A DNA stretch of 64,000 bases, taken from positions 64,001-128,000 of IMG/VR virus record IMGVR_UViG_3300045450_000145; one strand, given 5' to 3'. Source of the stretch: a virus. Positions 54,811 through 62,887 of the stretch are shown piece by piece. A model generated the notes under the pieces. That model did not search any database. It was not told the origin of the DNA and saw only the letters and a list, made by a program, of their open reading frames with translations. Numbering within the stretch: the first letter of the stretch is position 1; every line of letters starts with the position of its first letter. Both the position numbers and the translations under genes were made by a program.

Positions 54811-54842
54811 ATAATGGGCTCTCTATGGGCCCATTATTTTTT
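54811..54842 (+). terminator. intrinsic terminator overlapping an extended -10 box
   Basis: ATAATGGGC/GCCCATTAT stem followed by a T-tract. Confidence 0.75.
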
Positions 54843-54856
54843 CCCGAGGCAAATAA

Positions 54857-55276
54857 ATGACAAGTAACATTCATCACCCAAACGTACAATTTGCAAACAG
54901 CGGAGTCGTTATTGACTCTAGGTTGGAGCATGGAGATGATGAGCTCAAGATTTGGATTTTGGCTCGGAAAGACTTAAATCTATCCACCGGCAAGTGGATG
55001 GCTCAAGCCGCTCATGCTGCTGGTTTACTTATGAATCAAGCCGGGGATATTAATGAATACATTGTCCATGGTCAAGCCAAAATTGTTGTCGGCGTGAATA
55101 ATAAAGCCCAGCTGGATGACATTATAGATGAGGTATTTAAGATGGGAATCAATGCGTGTCTTGTAAAGGATTCAGCTCGAACTGAGCTAGATATTTCAAC
55201 ATACACTTGTGGTGCAATTGGGCCATGTAGAAAGAGCCAACTACCTAAGTCAGTCACCACACTGCGCTTATTTTAA
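54857..55276 (+). CDS. pth2: peptidyl-tRNA hydrolase Pth2
   Basis: RKDLNLSTGKWMAQAAHA, GQAKIVV, VKDSARTEL..TYTCGAIGP. Confidence 0.88.
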   Translation: MTSNIHHPNVQFANSGVVIDSRLEHGDDELKIWILARKDLNLSTGKWMAQAAHAAGLLMNQAGDINEYIVHGQAKIVVGVNNKAQLDDIIDEVFKMGINACLVKDSARTELDISTYTCGAIGPCRKSQLPKSVTTLRLF

Positions 55277-55277
55277 T

Positions 55278-55297
55278 AGCATTAGATAGCAAATAAG
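55278..55297 (+). repeat. copy of dispersed motif AGCATTAGWT-NNN-AAATAA
   Basis: AGCATTAGATAGCAAATAAG. Confidence 0.8.
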
Positions 55298-55319
55298 AAA
55301 TATTCATAACCATATTTTG

Positions 55320-55348
55320 TTTACAAAAGGTTCGAATGTGTTTATAAT
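55320..55348 (+). promoter_or_regulatory. sigma70-type promoter
   Basis: TTTACA-N17-TATAAT. Confidence 0.7.
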
Positions 55349-55372
55349 TTAAAATTAAGAAGGATTAATACA

Positions 55373-56014
55373 ATGAAAAGAGTAGTAATCGCCATATCGG
55401 CTATTGCAGCCGGTGTAGCTTACGGCGCACACGAAGTTCTTGACGGTGTGCCAGAACCAATCCCTACTGCTGTCATTTCGGAAAAACCAGAAAAGTCAGT
55501 CGGTGGACAGGCAGCTATTTTGCTTCCTCGGGACCTCAATTCAAAGCAAGCATACTTACTAAATACTGCATATAAAATCGCGAAAGATGAAGGGTTTAAA
55601 AATCCTGAAGTTATGCAGGCCATCTTGCTGCAAGAAACCGAAGCTGGCGCCATGAAGTCCTATAAGGTCGCAAATCCTGGTAAGGATGCATACTTTGGCC
55701 CAATGCAAATTAAGCTTGGTGCAGCGAAAGATGTTTTACTCCGTCACCCAACTCTGTATAAGAAATATGATTTCCATACGCAAACGGATGACGAAGTAAA
55801 AGCGAATCTAATTTTAAATGAGAAGTTTAACATCGAGGTTGCTACTAAGTATGTTAAGCTCCTGCAGACAACATATGGCTTAGCAGGCAGGGCACTAGTG
55901 AACGCCTATAATAGGGGACCTGGTGGAGTCAAGAACGTCGACGATTCATTTTATTATGCCATCGAAGGCGAGAAGAAATTAGCCAACTATAAAAGAACTG
56001 TAAAATACAAATGA
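55373..56014 (+). CDS. lytic transglycosylase (SLT / lysozyme fold) with an N-terminal signal or anchor
   Basis: AILLQET (catalytic Glu), GPMQI, NIEVATKY, AYNRGPG. Confidence 0.85.
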   Translation: MKRVVIAISAIAAGVAYGAHEVLDGVPEPIPTAVISEKPEKSVGGQAAILLPRDLNSKQAYLLNTAYKIAKDEGFKNPEVMQAILLQETEAGAMKSYKVANPGKDAYFGPMQIKLGAAKDVLLRHPTLYKKYDFHTQTDDEVKANLILNEKFNIEVATKYVKLLQTTYGLAGRALVNAYNRGPGGVKNVDDSFYYAIEGEKKLANYKRTVKYK

Positions 56015-56071
56015 AAGTATATTCATACAAAGAAAAGCAAACTCGACATTGTTACTTCACAGGAGAAACAT

Positions 56072-56338
56072 ATGTCGAGAACAGTTCGCAGAAACAAAAA
56101 CCGTAAAGTTCGCCTTAATATCTTCAGGCAATATCATGATTATGACGCACCTGCCTGGAGATATTATACAGATAATGGTATTGTAGACTTTGGGTATGAA
56201 GATAATTACGCTTACCCAATCCCTAATACTGAGGGCGAGATGCGTGCAGAATATAAACAGCACATGTACAAAGTAAAGTATAATCTTGAGCACTATGTGC
56301 CGTATTATAAGAAGACTGGCGCATGGGAATATTACTGA
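56072..56338 (+). CDS. hypothetical protein
   Basis: AGGAG SD; basic N-terminus, Tyr-rich. Confidence 0.65.
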   Translation: MSRTVRRNKNRKVRLNIFRQYHDYDAPAWRYYTDNGIVDFGYEDNYAYPIPNTEGEMRAEYKQHMYKVKYNLEHYVPYYKKTGAWEYY

Positions 56339-56351
56339 TAAAGGAGACAAG

Positions 56352-57110
56352 ATGAAAGTAGATAGTAAAGAAATAGAAAATTATAAATCATATGTTAGAT
56401 ATCAAGTGCATTTAGTGTTTGATTTTTTAGTTGCAACTCAAATTTTGAGAAAACTTAAAAACCTTAATTTTAGCCTATTAACAAAATACGATGGGTCCGT
56501 GACATTGCATACTCTTCAATGTACCGATGATAATGTGCAACGTGGAATGCAGCTCATTAAAAGAATGTGCGAAAATTTCTCTGCAGTGACAGCGCATGAA
56601 TTGTGGTCAGTAAATCCAAATCAGAGAAAAAATAGTGAAAGCTTCTTAGATTTTCACACTAATAAAATAAGAAGTATTGATAGCATTACAATATCTAAAG
56701 ACGACATTTATCAAAAATTGCAGGAAGTAGATGCTATAAGAAATAGTTATGACAGTAATCACTGGCTAAAGACTTACAAATTAAGGCAATCCTTCGCTCA
56801 TAAATTTCCTATATCGTCAAATGGTAGAAAATCTCAAGACGATATCTTTGAAAAAGATGGATCAATCAATCTTGATATTGAAATGACTAATCTGGCAACA
56901 AAGACATTTGAGGCCCTAATGCTAATTGAGCAAAATATACAAGGGCTTGAAATGTTTCAAACGTCATTAGTGGAGGTAGAAAATGAAGCTGAAGGGTACA
57001 TTAAATTGTATAGAGAAAGTACTATTAACACTCTAGAAGCCGAAAAAGAAAAAATAGAAAAATTTAAATCTTTTGAAGATACCAGCCTATGGATAGATTA
57101 CGTTCCTTAG
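56352..57110 (+). CDS. AT-rich helical protein with a HEPN-like RxxxxH motif
   Basis: AAGGAG SD before ATG 56352; KLRQSFAH; visibly more AT-rich than flanking core genes. Confidence 0.6.
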   Translation: MKVDSKEIENYKSYVRYQVHLVFDFLVATQILRKLKNLNFSLLTKYDGSVTLHTLQCTDDNVQRGMQLIKRMCENFSAVTAHELWSVNPNQRKNSESFLDFHTNKIRSIDSITISKDDIYQKLQEVDAIRNSYDSNHWLKTYKLRQSFAHKFPISSNGRKSQDDIFEKDGSINLDIEMTNLATKTFEALMLIEQNIQGLEMFQTSLVEVENEAEGYIKLYRESTINTLEAEKEKIEKFKSFEDTSLWIDYVP

Positions 57111-57858
57111 AAGTATCAAATCTAGTTCTTTTCATAGAAGGAACGACTTGATTTAATTTGGCGTAAAAAGCCAATGTTGGTCTGTGTAAATTATGTAAAG
57201 CACAAAAGTCTTTGAGGACATCAAACTCAAAGACTTCTTGCATCGGGGATATTGCTTTCCATCTTTTTGGCTTATCTTCTCTCGGTAAGTATTTCCTAGC
57301 AACTCCATTTTTAGATGCCCACTTATCACGCATTTTTTGCTTAGTCTCTTCGGAATGCTTCGGGCGATTTAGGGCGGCAATTCTTCTTCGTTCGCTAGTT
57401 AATGGATTTTGATTCGCTTTTAGGGCTGCAATACGTTTCTTTTCAGAATAGCCAGGGTCTAATTTCATTCTATCGGCAGTTGCTTTTTGCCCTGCCCGAT
57501 ATTCTGGATCCTGCCATAATCTAATCATTCTTTCTCTTTGCTGCTCAGACATTAACTGCTTAATCATGGCAAATATTTTACTGCTAGGAATATATCTTTC
57601 CTGCCCTTTAGATGCACGTCTCATTTGTCTAATTGCAGATATTGCCTTACTTCTATTTTCACCGTCAGTCATCTTGATTAATAATAGGTGCGCAATGAAA
57701 TGCTGCCTTGCAGATAATCTAACTAGGTTTTCTTTATCATCACTGCCTCCCATCCCAGCCGGAATAATGTGATGAAGCTCCGTATAAGTGGCAGTAATAT
57801 CCGGATTGTTTATAATATTAAAATACCACTTTGTATATTTGTTTTGCTTAAATTGCAT
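57064..57858 (-). mobile_element. free-standing HNH homing endonuclease gene
   Basis: YTKWYFNII..ELHHIIP..GGSDDKENLVRLSARQHFIAHLLL; NUMOD3-like KHSEETKQKMR. Confidence 0.85.
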
Positions 57859-58867
57859 GCTACCTCAAAAAAGTTTAATTGATGTGATTCGCGAAAAGGT
57901 CTGGTTACCAAATCCAGACCATAAAGGGTGGGCGAATACCAAGTGCATGGCGTGCAATGATCATTCCCCGCGCGGCGGATTCTATCACGATGGTATTTAT
58001 ACTTCGTATAGCTGCTTTAATTGTGGTGTCAAGTTCAAATATGAGGAAGGCTCAGGCAAGCTTTCACGTAATGCCAAGGACATCTTAGCTGACTTTGGCA
58101 TTACGCGAGAGGACCTACGCGAACTCACCTCCAGCATCTTCCTAGCACAAAAAGAAGAAAAGAACATCACGCTTGAGAGCTTAACTAAGGTTAGCTTGTT
58201 TACTCGTGAGGTTGCTTTTCCTGACCGCACAAAGCCATTACTATCCGAGGGTAATGAGCTATTGCAGGAACCTATTCTAGAATATCTAATTAGTAGGAAA
58301 ATTGACCCGCTTGAGCATCAACTCTATTATAGTTTAGATAGCAAGATGTTAAGAAGAGTCATTATCCCATTCTGGCGAGATAATAAACTAATTTATTGGC
58401 AGGCTCGAAGCATCGATAAAGATGTCAAGCCTAGATACTTAAATTGTGTCGTCACTAAGGAAGCTGTCATGTTTAACTATGATCAGCTTTATTCATACGA
58501 TGATGCTCCTCTGTTTATTACCGAAGGTGTCTTCGATGCATTGGCGGTTAATGGCATGGCAATTATGGGCGCGGGCCTGAATGAAGCTAAGATTGAAGTA
58601 TTAAAAAGATCAAAGAGGCGAAAGATATTTGTCGTTGATCGGGATGAGCCAGGTGAGAAGCTCGCTAAAAGCGCACTCGATAACGGATGGGAGATTACCT
58701 TTGTTGATGTTCGAGCAAATGACATCAATGACAGCATCATTAAGTTCGGTCGGCCATTCACTGCATATAGCCTGTTAAAGAACGCCACGAGCAAGCATAA
58801 TAAGTTACAATCATATACTAACATGTCAATGGGCTTTTTGGAAGCTCGTCTACGGAGAAGATATTGA
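57857..58867 (+). CDS. gp61: DNA primase, T4 gp61-like
   Basis: Zn finger CMACND..CFNCG; VIIPF, WQAR, KPRYLN; TOPRIM ITEGVFDA, VDRD; start ATG 57857 inferred. Confidence 0.9.
   Translation: MLPQKSLIDVIREKVWLPNPDHKGWANTKCMACNDHSPRGGFYHDGIYTSYSCFNCGVKFKYEEGSGKLSRNAKDILADFGITREDLRELTSSIFLAQKEEKNITLESLTKVSLFTREVAFPDRTKPLLSEGNELLQEPILEYLISRKIDPLEHQLYYSLDSKMLRRVIIPFWRDNKLIYWQARSIDKDVKPRYLNCVVTKEAVMFNYDQLYSYDDAPLFITEGVFDALAVNGMAIMGAGLNEAKIEVLKRSKRRKIFVVDRDEPGEKLAKSALDNGWEITFVDVRANDINDSIIKFGRPFTAYSLLKNATSKHNKLQSYTNMSMGFLEARLRRRY
57994..58001 (-). promoter_or_regulatory. antisense T4-late-like promoter inside the primase gene
   Basis: TATTTATA on + reads TATAAATA on -, about 135 nt upstream of the HNH start. 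Confidence 0.5.
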
Positions 58868-60240
58868 ACAACAACGTGCCACTAATGGATGACGATGCTC
58901 AAAAATTATATTTGAACTCAATGATTTCAAATCCAGAGCTTTTTGCTAGAGTCAACAATCTGTTGTCACCTACCTATTTTGACCCTCAGTTTGCAAAGGG
59001 CGTTAAGTTCTTACAGGAATATTTCCAAGAAAATCGCGCCGTCCCTGCACCAAGCATCTTCACTGCCGCTACTAAGTTGTTGACAGAGAAGGTAGAATTA
59101 CAGCGTCAAGACGTGCAGTATGTCGCTGAACAAATCGCCGAGTTCTGCAAATTCCAAGCGTGTATTGAAGTTATTCGTAAAGCAACGGGCAAAGATGGGT
59201 ACTTTGAAACTGGCGACTTAGGTAAAATGGTCGCGCAGATGAAGGAAGCAACGCAAATTGGATTACAAACCGATTTTGGTATTGACTACTTTGATAATCC
59301 ACTTGAACGTTTAGAAAGAGCAGAAACCGAAGACGCGGTTATTTCTACTGGGTGGAAAGATGTAGACGCCGTTATTGGCGGTGGTATTGGCCGACAGGAA
59401 CTGATCATGTTCCTAGCACCTTCTGGCGGTGGTAAGTCAGTGGCGATGCTGAACTTGTCACTTAACTTATTGGCGCAGGGTTTAAAGGGCGTTTACATCT
59501 CTCTTGAAATGCGAGACAAGAAGGTCGCTTTACGTACGGACCAGATGATTGCGAAGATCGCCGCGGGCAACATTGCTGATTCTATGACTCAAGTTGCACA
59601 TGAGATTGAGAAGTTCGCAGCAGAAACAAATGCAAAGTTCTTCATTAAAAGAATGCGGGAAGGCTCAAATGCAAATGACATCATCGCATATCTACGACAA
59701 CTCGAGGCACATAGCGGCTTCAAGCCCGACTTCATCGTAGTCGACTACCTTGACATTATGACTTCAGTCCAGAAGGGCATTGGCGACAGCATGTTCTTAA
59801 AGGATAAGTACGTGTCTGAAGAAGTTCGAGCAATTGGATTTGATTACGACTGCATCATGATCTCTGCATCTCAGCTTGAGAAAGGTGCAACTGAAAAGAT
59901 CAACAATGGCGATAAGATGCACCAAGGTAACGTCCAAGGCGGCTCATCTAAAACAAACACTGCTGACTTGATGATCGCAACCGTTAAGACAGATCAGATG
60001 CATGAGGCTGGAGAATATCGATTTGAGTTCCCTAAGTCACGTAACTCCGATGCCAACACTAAGCAAGTCATGATGGGATGGGATAAGACTTCTCTTCGCA
60101 TCTTCGATCCAGGATCACAGCTAACTTTGAATAAAAAGAAGCGACCAGGTTTAGAGCTGACCTCAAATAAGCCAGGTGCAAAGAAGAATACTCTTGAAGA
60201 TATGCTTTCTAAGTTTGAACCTGAAAAGCACAACGCATAA
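58864..60240 (+). CDS. gp41: replicative DnaB-like helicase, T4 gp41-like
   Basis: APSGGGKS, YISLEM, IVVDYLD, SASQL, KSRN. Confidence 0.92.
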   Translation: MNNNVPLMDDDAQKLYLNSMISNPELFARVNNLLSPTYFDPQFAKGVKFLQEYFQENRAVPAPSIFTAATKLLTEKVELQRQDVQYVAEQIAEFCKFQACIEVIRKATGKDGYFETGDLGKMVAQMKEATQIGLQTDFGIDYFDNPLERLERAETEDAVISTGWKDVDAVIGGGIGRQELIMFLAPSGGGKSVAMLNLSLNLLAQGLKGVYISLEMRDKKVALRTDQMIAKIAAGNIADSMTQVAHEIEKFAAETNAKFFIKRMREGSNANDIIAYLRQLEAHSGFKPDFIVVDYLDIMTSVQKGIGDSMFLKDKYVSEEVRAIGFDYDCIMISASQLEKGATEKINNGDKMHQGNVQGGSSKTNTADLMIATVKTDQMHEAGEYRFEFPKSRNSDANTKQVMMGWDKTSLRIFDPGSQLTLNKKKRPGLELTSNKPGAKKNTLEDMLSKFEPEKHNA

Positions 60241-60280
60241 TTAAACTAAATAATTGAACTTACACTAGAGGAGAAATAAC

Positions 60281-60508
60281 ATGTCCCACATTACCGTAGA
60301 CGGCACCCAACACGCCATTGAATCACTTTCACCAGCTGTTCAGCAGGCAGCTGCTATTTACCAACGTTTCCAAGGTGAGCTACAAGAAGCGCAACTTGAA
60401 GTTGTAAAGCTAAATGCGGCAATCCAACAAATTGGTAATCAGATTGCTCAAGCTATTAAGCAGGAAACTTCGCAGGAAGATAAAGCTGAAGAATATCCGG
60501 CTGAGTAA
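60281..60508 (+). CDS. small coiled-coil protein
   Basis: GAGGAG SD; ITVDG..SLS then a Q/A-rich helix. Confidence 0.75.
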   Translation: MSHITVDGTQHAIESLSPAVQQAAAIYQRFQGELQEAQLEVVKLNAAIQQIGNQIAQAIKQETSQEDKAEEYPAE

Positions 60509-60523
60509 TATACACCCTCAACT

Positions 60524-60543
60524 AGCATTAGATGCTAAATAAG
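60524..60543 (+). repeat. copy of dispersed motif AGCATTAGWT-NNN-AAATAA
   Basis: AGCATTAGATGCTAAATAAG. Confidence 0.8.
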
Positions 60544-60544
60544 G

Positions 60545-60577
60545 AATGGGCATAGAATTAATTCTATGCCCATTTTT
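60545..60577 (+). terminator. 30-bp perfect palindrome / intrinsic terminator
   Basis: AATGGGCATAGAATT|AATTCTATGCCCATT then TTT. Confidence 0.8.
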
Positions 60578-60585
60578 GATAAATA
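60578..60585 (+). promoter_or_regulatory. T4-late-like promoter
   Basis: GATAAATA right after the terminator. Confidence 0.5.
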
Positions 60586-60610
60586 GAAGTCAAAATAAAT
60601 GGAATAACAC

Positions 60611-62887
60611 GTGGCAATTTCACACCTTGAAGACCTACCACTAGCTGAGTTTATTAAAGCTGTCGAAAACATTGGCTTAATGAAGGCGTCTGAAAAGCTG
60701 GACGGGGCGAATCTTTGGATGGGTTTAGATGATGACGGTAAGCTCTTTACTAACCGTTCTGGCAAGCGCAAGGGCTCCAAGAATTTCTACAGCGCTGACG
60801 AATATCCCCACTTCTCTGCATATAATGGTTTCAGAGGCGCACATGCGGCCCTCATGGAGAAGCTACCTGACATTAAGCGTATCATGCAGAACGGTCAAAT
60901 TGTAGAGTTAGAAATCCTATACGGCCGGCAGCCCAATGCGATCACTTATGGCGCTGGTGATAAATCATACATCGCCTTCTTACGAGGTGTTGAGGGCACT
61001 CCTGATGTCATTGCGGATCAGCTCTCGATGAGCTTAGGCGGTCAAACAGTTAGTGTTAGCGTTGACATTGTCGATACGTCTGATGGTGAAAACCTATCAT
61101 TAGATAAAGGCAGCATCTCCTTCCAATTTACCGGTGCACAAAATATTCCAGCTGAAAAGCTAAAGGATGTCAATCTATCAAAGCACTTAAATGAATTAAA
61201 GAAATACTTAGAGATGCCGGCGGGAGTAGATGGCGTTGAGGCGACAAACTACGACATCCTAACTAAAAACTTGACTTCATTTACAGTTGATGTTAGACCA
61301 CAAGTTAAAGCGGCGCGCTCAATAATTTTGGCCTCGGTCATGAAGGATTTTAAATTACCTATCAAGCGCGAGTTGCTTGATAATTACGTCAACAAAATTA
61401 AGCCTGCACTGGGCGCAGATAACGTTGATAAGGATGAAGACCTTGGCATTGAGGGGGTAGTTTTACGTGACCCTACTACAGGCAACATGATTAAGTTAGT
61501 TGATAAGGACACCTTTACCACCATCAACCAATTTAACCACTCTATTCGTAATCAAATTTCTGGTGTTGTCAAGAGCTTAGATCAAGATGCACCACTTGAA
61601 GCACGAGGTGGTATCTTGGGAAATATGAAGATTCAAATTGCAGATTTGTTAGGTAATAGAGAACTATCAAGAGGTGCAACTGCTAAAAAGGCATTCTTAG
61701 CAGTTAGAGGTGCTGACGCGGTAGAGACTGCTAAGAATTTCGCCGCTAACCTAGATATTCAAGACTTCCTTGGCACAAAGAGAAAAATTCTAGCATTAAT
61801 CGGGGCTGCAAATAAGCAGATGAAAGATTTACTGGCTGACTTTAAATCTAACAAAGATGAGTATCAACTTAAGCTGAAAAATGGCAAAATAATTGGCATT
61901 AGCAAGGAGATTGAAAAACGAACCCTGTTGGCATTTGCTGAATCTCTTCGCAACGTCAATGAGCTCTTTGAGAAGGTCAAAAAGTCTAAATCAATTACGC
62001 AAGTAGTTGCAATCCTATATGGGCACCTAATCAAGGATGCGCAAAATAGCGAAAAGCTAGACGAATCCCTATTATTAGAAAAGCGGTACGACACGGATAA
62101 GGCACGATATAGTGGCAAGGATGGTTGGACCTTATTAAACATTTACTTCGCCACCGTGTTCATGTCAGTCATTATGTTCCAAGCAGATGATGAACGTGGC
62201 ATCAAGTTGCTAAGGGATAAGGCTCATTATAGAATGTCTGGCTGGAGTAAGGAGATGTCTCCTCTTAATTTCTGGGGATATCCAATCTGGAAGTCATCGA
62301 CTCCTGCCGTAAAGAAGCTTATTGGTCCTAAAGCTACTGGCCAACTATTTAAAATCACACGTCGAGTGCCACCAAATCAATCACGCTTCTTACACATGGA
62401 CTTAAGCTTTGGTAAGGACGTACCTATGAATTGGGGCGATCACTACAAAACATTGAGGGTCCTGCAGCAATTTGATGGCATGAATACTGACCGTATAAAT
62501 ACCCTTATGAAGAGCGTCTTCACCTTTGAAACTCAAGACCATGATGGTCAAGTTAAGACAATTTCAAAGCTATTTTATTACGCTCAACAATTTATTCCAA
62601 CCTCACCTCTGTTTTCACGTATTAAGATAATTCAACAGAATTTACTAATTAACGCGAATGGAGAAAACGAGCATCTAGAAGAAATGAAACTATTAACTAG
62701 CGTTAATTCTCTAATTGAGAACGAAGAAGCTCAAGCAACAAAACAAGTTGACACTGCAGTAAAGGCTGCAGATGTAAATCCTGCGCCTGGTATTTCAGCG
62801 GAAAAGAAGGTGGAGAAGAGAAAACGAAACCCGAACATTGTTAAAAACAAGTTCCCACGCCCAAAGAATGCAGAGGATCAAAAATGA
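60611..62887 (+). CDS. large late protein with an N-terminal ligase-like (KxDG) nucleotidyltransferase domain
   Basis: EKLDGAN, ELEIL, EGVVLRD, KLVDK in ligase motif order I, III, IV, V. Confidence 0.7.
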   Translation: MAISHLEDLPLAEFIKAVENIGLMKASEKLDGANLWMGLDDDGKLFTNRSGKRKGSKNFYSADEYPHFSAYNGFRGAHAALMEKLPDIKRIMQNGQIVELEILYGRQPNAITYGAGDKSYIAFLRGVEGTPDVIADQLSMSLGGQTVSVSVDIVDTSDGENLSLDKGSISFQFTGAQNIPAEKLKDVNLSKHLNELKKYLEMPAGVDGVEATNYDILTKNLTSFTVDVRPQVKAARSIILASVMKDFKLPIKRELLDNYVNKIKPALGADNVDKDEDLGIEGVVLRDPTTGNMIKLVDKDTFTTINQFNHSIRNQISGVVKSLDQDAPLEARGGILGNMKIQIADLLGNRELSRGATAKKAFLAVRGADAVETAKNFAANLDIQDFLGTKRKILALIGAANKQMKDLLADFKSNKDEYQLKLKNGKIIGISKEIEKRTLLAFAESLRNVNELFEKVKKSKSITQVVAILYGHLIKDAQNSEKLDESLLLEKRYDTDKARYSGKDGWTLLNIYFATVFMSVIMFQADDERGIKLLRDKAHYRMSGWSKEMSPLNFWGYPIWKSSTPAVKKLIGPKATGQLFKITRRVPPNQSRFLHMDLSFGKDVPMNWGDHYKTLRVLQQFDGMNTDRINTLMKSVFTFETQDHDGQVKTISKLFYYAQQFIPTSPLFSRIKIIQQNLLINANGENEHLEEMKLLTSVNSLIENEEAQATKQVDTAVKAADVNPAPGISAEKKVEKRKRNPNIVKNKFPRPKNAEDQK

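Noticed and set aside
56011-57858. Group I intron carrying the HNH inside the primase gene
   Set aside because: The primase N-terminal Zn finger is complete downstream, no upstream primase exon is visible, and I could not identify P/Q/R/S core elements
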